From a virus (lineage: Duplodnaviria > Caudoviricetes), in the IMG/VR virus record IMGVR_UViG_3300012942_000104, positions 1 to 30,695 of that record: a stretch of DNA of 30,695 bases; one strand, written 5' to 3'. Both the position numbers and the translations under genes were made by a program. Below the pieces are notes generated by a model. It saw only the letters and a program-made list of their open reading frames with translations. It was not told the DNA's origin and did no database searches. Positions within the stretch are counted from its first letter, which is position 1. Every line of letters starts with the position of its first letter. This document shows, piece after piece, positions 1 through 9,064 of the stretch.

Positions 1-178
1 CTGCCCCGGAGACACTACGACCAACAATACTGTTGAGACCATTCCCCACAGGGATCATTCCAGCGGCCGTGAGCTTAGCCGGAGCGGTCTCCAGCATGTT
101 GTCACGAACATATGTGTTGTACTGAGTAGAGGTGAAAATGGTGTTCTCTACGGCAGTCATGGGGGCCGTCCAGGCCAT
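1..178 (-). CDS. minor tail protein, partial (runs off window start); paralog of 188..718
   Basis: ATG at 178 preceded by GGAGGAG RBS; translates MAWTAPMTAVENTIFTSTQYNTYVRDNMLETAPAKLTAAG..., nearly identical to the N-terminus of the adjacent gene; not in the ORF track. Confidence 0.85.
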   Translation of the reverse strand, partial: MAWTAPMTAVENTIFTSTQYNTYVRDNMLETAPAKLTAAGMIPVGNGLNSIVGRSVSGA

Positions 179-187
179 CTCTCCTCC

Positions 188-718
188 TTACAGTGGAATG
201 ACGACCAGGTGTCGTCGCTGGAAGTTTCCGGTACCGCCAACCACCCGGTACTTTACAGTGAAAGTGTTGCTCCCTGCGGTTAGTCCAGTAACCCGGAAGA
301 ACTCAGAAGCTGTTTGGTAGGTGGCTGGAGTGTTTGCAACCTGAACGCCACCTTCGTCTGAAGCGGCTAGTGTAGTAGCACCAGAGACCTGGTATGAGGC
401 CAGAGCATAACTAGAAGTGTTGTAAATACAAGAAGAGACGACTACTAGAGCGGAGGTGCCTGTAGTTACGGTAACCGCCGGGCCCGGGGTTGCAAGGTCT
501 GTGAAACTGGTAGAGGTCGTTGATTCGGCAGTAGAAATTCCGGCTGAGGCTGGGATTCGCTCAATGATGCTATTGGCACCATTGCCGACTATTAGGCTAC
601 CCGCAGTAGTAGCCTTAGCCGGAGCGGTCTCCAGAAGGTTATCGCGGATATACGTATTAAACTGGGCCGCTGTAAAGGCAGTGTTAGCCACAGCGGTCAT
701 TGGGGCTGTCCAAGCCAT
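188..718 (-). CDS. minor tail protein
   Basis: 176 aa, Thr/Ser/Ala-rich and beta-type; lies downstream of the tape measure and tail-tip genes. Confidence 0.75.
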   Translation of the reverse strand: MAWTAPMTAVANTAFTAAQFNTYIRDNLLETAPAKATTAGSLIVGNGANSIIERIPASAGISTAESTTSTSFTDLATPGPAVTVTTGTSALVVVSSCIYNTSSYALASYQVSGATTLAASDEGGVQVANTPATYQTASEFFRVTGLTAGSNTFTVKYRVVGGTGNFQRRHLVVIPL

Positions 719-963
719 TAGGCAGTCCCTCCACTAGTGTCAGTCGAAGACTGACTCTGGTACTCAGCAACGAATTGATCGCTGAGGGTCATCAGAGAAG
801 CCATGATAGAAGTAACCTTGGCCTGCTCATCAGCGAGCTTCTGAGTGTAGGTGTCCACAGCTTCCTGGTACGCGGCTACATTAGCCTGAGCGGCCTGTAG
901 ATCCTGTAGCTGGGGCTCAGCCTGTAGAACTATGGCCAGTAGAGGGTTGAGGTCATCCGCCAT
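718..963 (-). CDS. hypothetical coiled-coil protein
   Basis: 81 aa, helical and Q/A-rich; overlaps both neighbours. Confidence 0.7.
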   Translation of the reverse strand: MADDLNPLLAIVLQAEPQLQDLQAAQANVAAYQEAVDTYTQKLADEQAKVTSIMASLMTLSDQFVAEYQSQSSTDTSGGTA

Positions 964-1282
964 TGGTCATCTCCTCTGCCTCAGCCCTCAACTCCTCAGG
1001 GGTTTGCCCTGTGGGACACCCGGCCCGAACACCCAGCTCATGGCCCACTGGAAACCAGTTTCGATTCTTCGGAAGAGGGCGCTCTGAAAGAGCGTCCAGT
1101 ATTTCCTGAAGATTCTCAGGCCACTCGACCTCCGCAATATGCCCACAGCCTCCTGGGGGCGAGCAGAAGAACTGAGCCTGTCCAGGCTCCAGCACCATAG
1201 CGCCACCGCAGCCAATTGGGCAATCGGCGATCACTCGTCCGAAGTTGACGTAAACGCGTGCACGATTGGTGATCAGGTTCAT
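953..1282 (-). CDS. hypothetical protein with Cys cluster (possible metal-binding tail accessory)
   Basis: 109 aa with CPxxC...CxxxxxC; GAGGAGGG RBS. Confidence 0.75.
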   Translation of the reverse strand: MNLITNRARVYVNFGRVIADCPIGCGGAMVLEPGQAQFFCSPPGGCGHIAEVEWPENLQEILDALSERPLPKNRNWFPVGHELGVRAGCPTGQTPEELRAEAEEMTNGG

Positions 1283-1291
1283 GTGCCCTCC

Positions 1292-3385
1292 TCAGAACGC
1301 CAGCAAACCTTGGTCAAGGTTGCTTTGGTCCAAAATGAACATAGTGGACGAAGTGTCGATACCACTATAGCCGAAATAGCCTGCATCGAAGCCACGAGTA
1401 GCGTCATCAAACGTGAAAACACTGGTCGGCTGAGTACGGACCTTCTCACAACCAAAGGACGCCTTGTGGTATAGACCAGCCTCCGAAATGGTGTGCTGAA
1501 TCTGTTCCACAAAGTAGTCGCCGTTTGTGTATGTCTCGGGTTCTACCAGATGAACACGATCGGAAAGACGAGTACCCAGAAGGGTAGTCATCCTTGTGTT
1601 GTTATCGTTGTTCAGCTCATAAGTGATAACCGGCAGACGATCTGATCGGTGCCCCAGGTAGATCCACATGATGTCGTAAGCGTCGTTCGCACTGGCCCAT
1701 GGCATTGAGTCAGTGTAGGACTTTACCCCGTACGTTTGGATAGAGGCATCATCCTGACCCGTAACCTTGATCGTCTGAGCCACAGGAACCGAGTAAGCCC
1801 GTAGATTCATACCCGTGATAGTGGCCCCACCCAGAGAGTAGATCTGGATATTGGTAGCGGCCCCGGAGGTACGAGAAAGGGTAACCGTAGCGTCGCCCGA
1901 TACAAGCGTGTAGTCGGTAGTGAGCTGAGGAGCCACTGCCCCGAAGAACGGATCAGACCCAGATACCTTAATCAGATAAGTCTGACCAGCCGCCACAGTA
2001 AAAGTATCTGTGGACTGGTACACGTTCACCAGGGTAGAGCTTGGTGCCCGCTCGCTAATAGTCAGATCAAAGCTATTGATCAGGTCCTTCCACCCGATGT
2101 CATAGGAGAAGTTATCGGCGGACATGCCGGGCTCGTTACCATCGCCATAGATGCTGGCTTGGATAGCGGTGGATCGACTGTCTATCAACCTGTGATGCCG
2201 ATCACGGAATACGAAGTTGCCCTGCTCATCCACATAGGTGATGGCAGGAAGACCTTCCGAGTTTACGATGTCGATAATCGCTTGGAGGGCATCTCCGCCC
2301 TCAACCCACCAATACCGGACCACAGATGCGCCCTGGTCGATATCCCGCTTCTCCGGGTCCCACCCAATCTCGTCTAGGACATAGTTGATCAGCTCTCCGG
2401 TTCGCTTGCCCTTGCGAAGCTTTGTGGAGAGAGTGATCTGAGACATCTGACCCAGAAGATCGAGCACTGATACCCCGACCGACTTATTCATTGGTGTAGG
2501 GTCGATTGTGTAGTCGTCAACAAATCCCTGGAACAGGTTAAACCGCTTTCCACCGTACTCGGCGTAGAACAGGAATGGCTTGCCAGGCCCGAGGTACCCG
2601 TAGAGAGGTGAAGTGGGGTTGTTCGGGGTGTAGCGACGGTCCTGGTTGTCCAGGGTTAGAGACATGCTACCCGCCTGCATCTTACCCACAGAACGGTCAA
2701 GGTCTCGTCCCATGGACATTTGCAGGTCATTGCGGCTCAGGACTGTGTCGGTAATTTCCTCACCGGCATAAAAGAACTGAACCTCATCGACATAGGTCAG
2801 CGACCCGTCAGCCGGAATACTTACCGGACTGATGAATATCTCATGTGTAGTAGAGGTAGCAGTAAAGCTGAACGTGACTTCCTGGAATGAACCCGTCCCT
2901 GAGGTATTTGCTGAGGTCACCTGACCGGTAATGCCCATCATAATCTGGACACCGTTTGAGGCTGGTACATAGACCCAGGCCGAAACGTCATAGGTAACCC
3001 CTACGACTAGGCCAGTGAGAGTCTTATAGACCTGAGGCGCACTTACAGAAGGATCGCCAGACGTGCTAGAGCCAAACTGACCCTGGTCAAAACCTTGCCC
3101 AGAAACGTCGAACTGGATAGGGTTCGGAGGGTTCGCAAATGAGGCGAGACCAAACTTACCCTGGTCGTAACCCGCACCTACCACATCGAACTGAATCGGG
3201 TTGTAGACATTCCAGGTAATCTTCATAGCCCAGTCTCCGCTGTATGCGTGATCCTGGGAGCCAGTGACTGCCGGTGGAGTAGTTCCGCGAGGAATCCATG
3301 TTGTGACAATAGGACCGAAGTCCGAGAGCTCTAGGCCCCCGGACTTCTGCCAGTCAACGAACACCTTGTAGTTCGCTGTGGCCAT
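1292..3385 (-). CDS. large minor tail (tail tip/hub) protein with N-terminal carbohydrate-binding-like domain
   Basis: 697 aa directly after TMP; CBM-like segment (YDVSAWVYVP...YVDEVQF); tail-tip-type motifs LTLDNQDRRYTP and YFVEQIQHTI. Confidence 0.8.
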   Translation of the reverse strand: MATANYKVFVDWQKSGGLELSDFGPIVTTWIPRGTTPPAVTGSQDHAYSGDWAMKITWNVYNPIQFDVVGAGYDQGKFGLASFANPPNPIQFDVSGQGFDQGQFGSSTSGDPSVSAPQVYKTLTGLVVGVTYDVSAWVYVPASNGVQIMMGITGQVTSANTSGTGSFQEVTFSFTATSTTHEIFISPVSIPADGSLTYVDEVQFFYAGEEITDTVLSRNDLQMSMGRDLDRSVGKMQAGSMSLTLDNQDRRYTPNNPTSPLYGYLGPGKPFLFYAEYGGKRFNLFQGFVDDYTIDPTPMNKSVGVSVLDLLGQMSQITLSTKLRKGKRTGELINYVLDEIGWDPEKRDIDQGASVVRYWWVEGGDALQAIIDIVNSEGLPAITYVDEQGNFVFRDRHHRLIDSRSTAIQASIYGDGNEPGMSADNFSYDIGWKDLINSFDLTISERAPSSTLVNVYQSTDTFTVAAGQTYLIKVSGSDPFFGAVAPQLTTDYTLVSGDATVTLSRTSGAATNIQIYSLGGATITGMNLRAYSVPVAQTIKVTGQDDASIQTYGVKSYTDSMPWASANDAYDIMWIYLGHRSDRLPVITYELNNDNNTRMTTLLGTRLSDRVHLVEPETYTNGDYFVEQIQHTISEAGLYHKASFGCEKVRTQPTSVFTFDDATRGFDAGYFGYSGIDTSSTMFILDQSNLDQGLLAF

Positions 3386-6300
3386 TACTTCAGCCTGCCC
3401 TTCCGCTTAGCTGAGGTGATGCCCTTAACCACAAGGTCTTCGATAGCCTTCTGGTCTGTGACACTTGCCCCGGTGACGGTGATGTTCACATTATACGTGT
3501 CTCCACCGCCACCCTCGAATAGCCTACGAGTCTGGCTTGCACTGGTAACTGCTGAGGCAGAACCTGCATTGATCAGCTCTGGCCCACGCTCTCCCACAAG
3601 AGAGAGACCCCGTGCAATTCCTCCAGTCCAGTAACCCTTCGGGGGCTTGCTGGCATCGGCCTGCTGCACATTCCCAATACCGCCGTATCGGCTGATGATG
3701 TACCGGATGGCCGCTGCGACGTTAGCCACAGGGTCCATCTGGCCCTTGCCCTTAAGGGAAGCAGGTACGTAGGCATTGAAGGTAGAGGCGATTACCTGTG
3801 CCAGACCTTCTGACGGGTGTCCCTGTTGGGCGTTGATGTCAGTACGGTTGACAGCGCTGCTGTTCCATGCGGACTCGCGACTGATCAGGGTGTTCATACC
3901 TGATTCCCAAGCACCCCACGGCTTGGCGACGCCTGCCGCAGCAAGCGCCTGGTCAATGATCTGCTTGTGCTGGCCGGTCGGGATTACGCCCTTTCCGCCA
4001 ACACCACTACCTCCGGAAGTCTCCTTACCCTTAATCCAGGAGATCAGCTTGTCGATTCCGTTGTCTACCACAGTGGGGATTACGTGGCCCCAGGCACTGC
4101 CGCCGAAGGGAACGCGTCCAGCAGCAGCCTTGACAGGAGACAGAACCTTGGACAGAGCTGCCGCAGCACCTGTCCTAACGAACTTGACTCCCCAGTCGAA
4201 TCCCTTCTTAGCTAGAGCTAGCGGGCTGGCGGGCCGGTTAGGGGTAAGACCCTTACCTGGGGTTGCCCCGCCACCGCCACCAGGACCGGTCGGAATTCCG
4301 GGAACAGCACCGCCACCGGCATACCCGGGCACGGAACCGGTACGGTTCATGTGGTCCAGGATGGCCCGAGGAATGTTCTGCGTAGCTTCCTTGCGCAGCA
4401 CGTACTCGCCACCGTGGACAACACCCTTGGGCTCGTACTTGCCGCCGTCTCCGGTGTAACCACCGGTCGCGAATCCGAGGTTCGGAGGAGCAGGCATCTT
4501 CGGGATACCTGGAATCTTACCGATCGTGTTATTCCACGCTGGCCGTAGTCCTCCCCCGTATACGGTGTTGACGAAGAACTTGACCGGCGCCGCAACGGCA
4601 GACCGTAGTGCATTCCATGCTGACCGGATTCCGCTAACCATAGTGTGGAAAGCAGAAACCATGGCATTCTTGAAGCCATTTACGCCAGACTTGATCCCGT
4701 TCCAGATGGATTCCGCAAAGCTCTTGATGCCGCCCCAGAAGCTGTGCCAGATAGACTGTGCAGTGCTCTTCAGTGATCCGAAAACGTGAGATACGAAGTT
4801 AGCCGTTGAATTCCAGGAATTCTTGATCCAATTCCAAGCTCCGTTGGCTATATTACGAATACCATTCCACAGATTATTCCAACTTGAGCGAGCAACGCTG
4901 CCCAGTGAAGACATAACCCTGGAAACAGTATTAGCTGTAGCTGTCCAGGCACCCTTGATCCAATTCCAGGCCCCATTAGCTATACTACGAACACCATTCC
5001 ACAGAGTGTTCCAGACTGCCCTAGCAATGCTTCCTAGGGAGGACATAACCCGAGAAACCGTGTTAGCTGTGGCTATCCAAGCTGACCTAAGCCAACCCCA
5101 GATAGCATTAGCTACAGACTTAACTCCATCCCACACCTGACGCCAGTGAGCACCAATTGCGATCATCCAGCCCACTGGGCCAAGGAATGCAATCAACCAG
5201 CCCCACTTGCTGTGGAGGAATCCCGTTACAGCGGCAAAGGCTGACTTCATGAAGTTCCACACAGCCGAAGCTACGGCCTTAATACCACCCCAGCAAGCAT
5301 CCCAGGCTGTCCTAAGCGCAGAAGTTACCTGCTTCCAGTGGGTAGCAAGCAGCACGGCAGCCAGAGCTATAGCGGCCAGAACGATAATGATAGGTCCAGC
5401 AGAAAACCAGCCACCCTTAGTAAAGTCCTGCATAACCTTCTTAGCATTTTTAAAAGTATCCACCATGCCTTGAATACTTTTAATTGCATTACCAAAGGAA
5501 AGAGCTGCCTTAAGAGCTAGGAATGCATAAGCAAGAGCCGTAATAACCTGGGGCGGTGCACCAGCAATCAGCTTCAGAAGAAGTGTAGTGAAGGACAGCA
5601 TGAAAGGACCTGCGAGCTTTAGAGACTCGGTCAGGTTCTTGATCGCGCCCCACAGTGCTTCGAACAGAGCCTTTACCGCTGGTGCATTTGCCTTGATGTA
5701 TGACACAAACGCCTGTACGCCGGACCCATTAGCCCATTCCCGCATCTTAGCGGTCATGTTCACCAGGGCCTGAGTGACCGAGGTACCCATGGGGGCGAAT
5801 GCCTTGATGACGCCACCGATAGTGGCTGCCAGGTTCACTGCAATCTGGATGAACTGACGGAATGCAGGCACGCCGTACTGGACGATGAAGTTGACTACCT
5901 TGGTCAGTCCCCCGCCGGAACTCCACTTGGCAAACCCATTTGCCACAGCCTGAGTCGCTGGTGCCATGGCACGTAGAATCGGGGTTAGCTTGGGCAGGTC
6001 AGAAGCCAGGGTCTTCATCACTGTGATTAGAGCCGGTGCGGTAAACTTCGCAACCGAGTCTGACCACTTCTTAAACGAGCTCTGAAGGCCGATGTAGGCG
6101 ACAGTCATGCTGCGCAGAGCTGGCGGCATGGCAGCAAGCTGAGCCTGGTATGCCTTGAGGTCTGTAGCAGCGCTCTTACTGCCTGTGGCCACAGCCTTCT
6201 GGTAGGTGGCGTAGGCAGAGGCTGCCGAGGTTACCTGAGACATCTGGCCCTTTACAGCCAGACCGAAGACTCCCAGGGCGCCACCTGCCGAAGCCAGCGA

Positions 6301-6816
6301 GCTTCCTAGGGCCAGAACACCGCCCGCAGCGACACCTAGAATAGGCACAAGCGAGGGTAGCGTAGCTATTAGCCCCACGAGAACCTTGCCGAAGAAGCTA
6401 GAACCCCCTCCAGCGCCGTTACCGGACTTGTTGACACGGTCCATTTCGCCACGTAGAGAGGCCAGTTCAGCTTCAAGCTTAGCGATCTTCTCCGTGTCAC
6501 CAGCAGTATTTACGCCAATACGGACAGAAGCGCTCTTACGGGCGATCTCGTCCATGCGTAGGGCGATCTTGTCCAGGGCAGCCTTAGCCCCTGCATCATC
6601 GACAGCCACCTTCATAGTGCCGCTCTTGCGGCTGATGGTGTCCATCTTCTTATTGAGGTTGTCCAGAGCCTTTACGGCTTCACGAGTATCAGCGGTAACA
6701 CGGAGACTTACCGACTTGTTAAGCCGGTCCATACGCTTCTGGAGGTCAGAGAGCGCACGTACAGCGTTACTGGTATTAGCCCCCACCTGGATTGAAAGCC
6801 GGGCTATGTCCGCCAA
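3385..6816 (-). CDS. tape measure protein with C-terminal lytic transglycosylase (SLT) domain
   Basis: 1143 aa, Ala/Gly-rich with periodic Trp repeats; SLT motifs RESAWN, GLAQV and NVAAAIRYI; TTG start with GGGAG RBS. Confidence 0.95.
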   Translation of the reverse strand: MADIARLSIQVGANTSNAVRALSDLQKRMDRLNKSVSLRVTADTREAVKALDNLNKKMDTISRKSGTMKVAVDDAGAKAALDKIALRMDEIARKSASVRIGVNTAGDTEKIAKLEAELASLRGEMDRVNKSGNGAGGGSSFFGKVLVGLIATLPSLVPILGVAAGGVLALGSSLASAGGALGVFGLAVKGQMSQVTSAASAYATYQKAVATGSKSAATDLKAYQAQLAAMPPALRSMTVAYIGLQSSFKKWSDSVAKFTAPALITVMKTLASDLPKLTPILRAMAPATQAVANGFAKWSSGGGLTKVVNFIVQYGVPAFRQFIQIAVNLAATIGGVIKAFAPMGTSVTQALVNMTAKMREWANGSGVQAFVSYIKANAPAVKALFEALWGAIKNLTESLKLAGPFMLSFTTLLLKLIAGAPPQVITALAYAFLALKAALSFGNAIKSIQGMVDTFKNAKKVMQDFTKGGWFSAGPIIIVLAAIALAAVLLATHWKQVTSALRTAWDACWGGIKAVASAVWNFMKSAFAAVTGFLHSKWGWLIAFLGPVGWMIAIGAHWRQVWDGVKSVANAIWGWLRSAWIATANTVSRVMSSLGSIARAVWNTLWNGVRSIANGAWNWIKGAWTATANTVSRVMSSLGSVARSSWNNLWNGIRNIANGAWNWIKNSWNSTANFVSHVFGSLKSTAQSIWHSFWGGIKSFAESIWNGIKSGVNGFKNAMVSAFHTMVSGIRSAWNALRSAVAAPVKFFVNTVYGGGLRPAWNNTIGKIPGIPKMPAPPNLGFATGGYTGDGGKYEPKGVVHGGEYVLRKEATQNIPRAILDHMNRTGSVPGYAGGGAVPGIPTGPGGGGGATPGKGLTPNRPASPLALAKKGFDWGVKFVRTGAAAALSKVLSPVKAAAGRVPFGGSAWGHVIPTVVDNGIDKLISWIKGKETSGGSGVGGKGVIPTGQHKQIIDQALAAAGVAKPWGAWESGMNTLISRESAWNSSAVNRTDINAQQGHPSEGLAQVIASTFNAYVPASLKGKGQMDPVANVAAAIRYIISRYGGIGNVQQADASKPPKGYWTGGIARGLSLVGERGPELINAGSASAVTSASQTRRLFEGGGGDTYNVNITVTGASVTDQKAIEDLVVKGITSAKRKGRLK
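4823..5140. repeat. degenerate 132-bp (44-aa) tandem repeat within TMP
   Basis: ttgatccaattcca...accattccacaga at 4823 and 4955, with a weaker copy near 5087; protein repeat TANTVSRVMSSLGS. Confidence 0.8.
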
Positions 6817-6822
6817 AACTAG

Positions 6823-7308
6823 TCACTCCCTTCGACCGGGAGGATTCTCCAGGTACTTTTCGGCATCGCCACGCCAAGCAAAATTTTCCAGTGCGTGTAG
6901 CCTAATATTACATGTACTACACAATAACCCACGAATTTCCCCCGTCGTGTGGTCATGGTCGATATGCAATAGTTTACCACTTGGGTGAGCTTCGGAGGCT
7001 TTGCGTTGGCAGATAGCACAACTATCGTTTTGCCTCTCTGCCAGTTCTTCGTACAGTTCAGGTGTTACATGCGCCCCAAAACGATGCCGATAGGAAGCAC
7101 GACGCATTTGATGTTTGGCTACATCTGTGGCGTTACGGGTCTTAGCTTTTGCCAGGATGTCTTCACGATTTTGCTGGTAGTACTCCCGGCTTGCGACTCT
7201 AGCACATACTAGACATCGAGGATTAAGGCCATCAATACGTGATTTGTCTCCTCCGAAGTCTTCAGTATTTTTGTTGGTATGACAAGTAACGCAAGTTTTA
7301 TAAGTCAC
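6823..7308 (-). CDS. endonuclease VII-like (HNH) homing endonuclease
   Basis: N-terminal CxxC...CxxC; QNDSCAIC...LHIDHDHTTGEIRGLLCSTCN; GTG start with AGGAG RBS. Confidence 0.9.
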   Translation of the reverse strand: MTYKTCVTCHTNKNTEDFGGDKSRIDGLNPRCLVCARVASREYYQQNREDILAKAKTRNATDVAKHQMRRASYRHRFGAHVTPELYEELAERQNDSCAICQRKASEAHPSGKLLHIDHDHTTGEIRGLLCSTCNIRLHALENFAWRGDAEKYLENPPGRRE

Positions 7309-7318
7309 TGCAACTCCT

Positions 7319-7346
7319 AAACAAAGACCCGGGGATCGCCCGGGCC
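7319..7346 (-). terminator. putative intrinsic terminator after tail assembly chaperone
   Basis: GGCCCGGG-cgatc-CCCGGGTC followed by TTTGTTT. Confidence 0.6.
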
Positions 7347-7350
7347 TTCA

Positions 7351-7524
7351 CTATTTGGCTTTATTGGCTTTCTCTTCGAGTTCTGCCTTACGTAGCCAGT
7401 ATGCTGTCCAGTAATTCAGGTCCTTCTGCGTAAGAGGGCGGTTCTCGCCGTATAGCAGTTCAGATACTGATTTCCCGGTTGTCTCTGCTATGCGATGGAT
7501 GAGGAAAAGCTCATCATTCGCTTT
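7351..7524 (-). CDS. tail assembly chaperone C-terminal extension (gpT-like, reached by frameshift)
   Basis: Open frame KANDELFLIHRIAETTGKSVSELLYG...LNYWTAYWLRKAELEEKANKAK* with no start codon of its own; offset +1 from the upstream chaperone. Confidence 0.8.
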   Translation of the reverse strand, partial: KANDELFLIHRIAETTGKSVSELLYGENRPLTQKDLNYWTAYWLRKAELEEKANKAK

Positions 7525-7873
7525 TCATGTCCTCATCAGCCTCTTCGGCTGCCTCTTCGGAGATACCCGAAATGTCCATGATCTTTAGCAGGACCTTGTT
7601 GACTGCACTGGAGTTCTTTTCCATGATGCGGTTGACCTGGTCGGGGGTGAACTTAGGCTCAACGACACCATGGACGAAGTACAGACCCTCAACAAGCTGT
7701 TCGTCAACCTTGTTACCACGGGTAGCACGCTTACGAATAGCGTGCTCCTGGGCCTTGGTCAGCGGCTGAACCTTGACTGAGCACTTCCACTCAGGGACAT
7801 CCACACTGTGGATCTCACGGTCGTCAATGGCCAGAATAGCGTCAACAGAGCCCAGAGGCAGGTTCTCACTCAT
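7514..7873 (-). CDS. tail assembly chaperone (gpG-like)
   Basis: 119 aa between the tail tube gene and TMP; VDVPEW...VKVQPLT and KIMDISGI motifs. Confidence 0.85.
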   Translation of the reverse strand: MSENLPLGSVDAILAIDDREIHSVDVPEWKCSVKVQPLTKAQEHAIRKRATRGNKVDEQLVEGLYFVHGVVEPKFTPDQVNRIMEKNSSAVNKVLLKIMDISGISEEAAEEADEDMKSE

Positions 7874-7897
7874 TTGTTTGCCCTCTCAGAATGTGTC

Positions 7898-8290
7898 TTA
7901 GGACTGGATAGTACGGGTAACGTCGCCGGTAATCTGCCACTCGGCGTCGCCGCTTCCGGCGTCCTTAACGGCCGTGCCCACAGAGTAGGAGCTGAGCACA
8001 CAGTTGCCAGTGTACTGCACCAGGCCGGTGCCAATACCCTGAGGCGAGTAGGTGAACGGAACGACCAGACGCTTCATGGCGAAAATGGCAGCGTCCATGG
8101 TCGGGTCAAAGTAACCCGAGCACTTGAAGGTACCGTCGTCCAGACCAGGAATGTAGGTCTTGGCAGTCTTACCGAGAGTCGTGGTCTCGGCAGCGTCAAT
8201 AGAGTCGTTGTAGGTTGCGTCGCTAAGGTAGTCTGACACGTCAACTGAGTTGACGGTCAGCTTGGCAACTGAACCGTGAGAGAAAGACAT
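7898..8290 (-). CDS. major tail (tube) protein
   Basis: 130 aa; ETTTLG...TYIPGLDDGT; directly upstream of the chaperone; preceded by its own -10 element. Confidence 0.8.
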   Translation of the reverse strand: MSFSHGSVAKLTVNSVDVSDYLSDATYNDSIDAAETTTLGKTAKTYIPGLDDGTFKCSGYFDPTMDAAIFAMKRLVVPFTYSPQGIGTGLVQYTGNCVLSSYSVGTAVKDAGSGDAEWQITGDVTRTIQS

Positions 8291-8338
8291 TTTAACCTCT
8301 TTCGGGGAGCTAGCTAGCTACGCCTATAGTACCTGAAA

Positions 8339-9064
8339 TCAGACGCCTCGGCTGTATGCCACGTGGAATGTAAATGATGGGGATGTCCCGGAAATGGTCC
8401 AGGCCAGTCGAATATACCGGTCAACATTGCCAGAAACGCTCTGGTACTGCGAACCTACGCCAGTTGCGGCATTGAAGGTAAGCAGATCAGCCCACGTGGT
8501 ATGGTCAGCAGAACTCTGGAGCTTCACAGTAATAGACGGGGTAGTGCCCGATACTGAGAAGATCTGGAGAGCTGCGCTGAGGCCCTTTGTGGTGGCCGCT
8601 AGGTCGTCCAGGTATGTTGCAAACCCTGTGGCGGTTTGTGCAGAAGTTGCTGCTGCACTTAGGCCACGGGGGAACCCTGTATTTGTCTGGAACTCCACAT
8701 CACAGGAGGCAGCATCCTTTACGGTGGTGCCGATGTCGTGTGCGGTTAGCTCCATAGTCCCGATGTACGCGGGCTCGCCAGCCAGGTCGGAGGCAGGTAG
8801 GTACGTAATCGGTACAGAGGCACGTCGAGTAAGAGCCTTGAGCTTATAGTCAAAGCTATTTGCATCGATGCTGTTGTGGTCCAGGAACCCGCTGCACTTA
8901 AAAGTGGCGTCTTCATTTCCTGGAATGTAGGTCTTGGCCGTCTTACCAAGCGTAGTGGTCTCAGCAGTGTCAATCGACCCGCCCATTGTCACATCACTAA
9001 AGAAGGGTGATGCGTCAAAACCATCTACGTAAATCTTGGCGATAGACCCATGGCTAAAAGCCAT
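8339..9064 (-). CDS. tail tube-like protein with extra C-terminal beta domain
   Basis: N-terminal ~130 aa is paralogous to 7898..8290 (FSHGS.AK, AETTTLGKTAKTYIPG, TFKCSG). Confidence 0.75.
   Translation of the reverse strand: MAFSHGSIAKIYVDGFDASPFFSDVTMGGSIDTAETTTLGKTAKTYIPGNEDATFKCSGFLDHNSIDANSFDYKLKALTRRASVPITYLPASDLAGEPAYIGTMELTAHDIGTTVKDAASCDVEFQTNTGFPRGLSAAATSAQTATGFATYLDDLAATTKGLSAALQIFSVSGTTPSITVKLQSSADHTTWADLLTFNAATGVGSQYQSVSGNVDRYIRLAWTISGTSPSFTFHVAYSRGV

Noticed and set aside
1-718. Duplicated tail genes as a DGR template/variable repeat pair
   Set aside because: Differences are not adenine-specific, the similarity is N-terminal, and no reverse transcriptase is in the window
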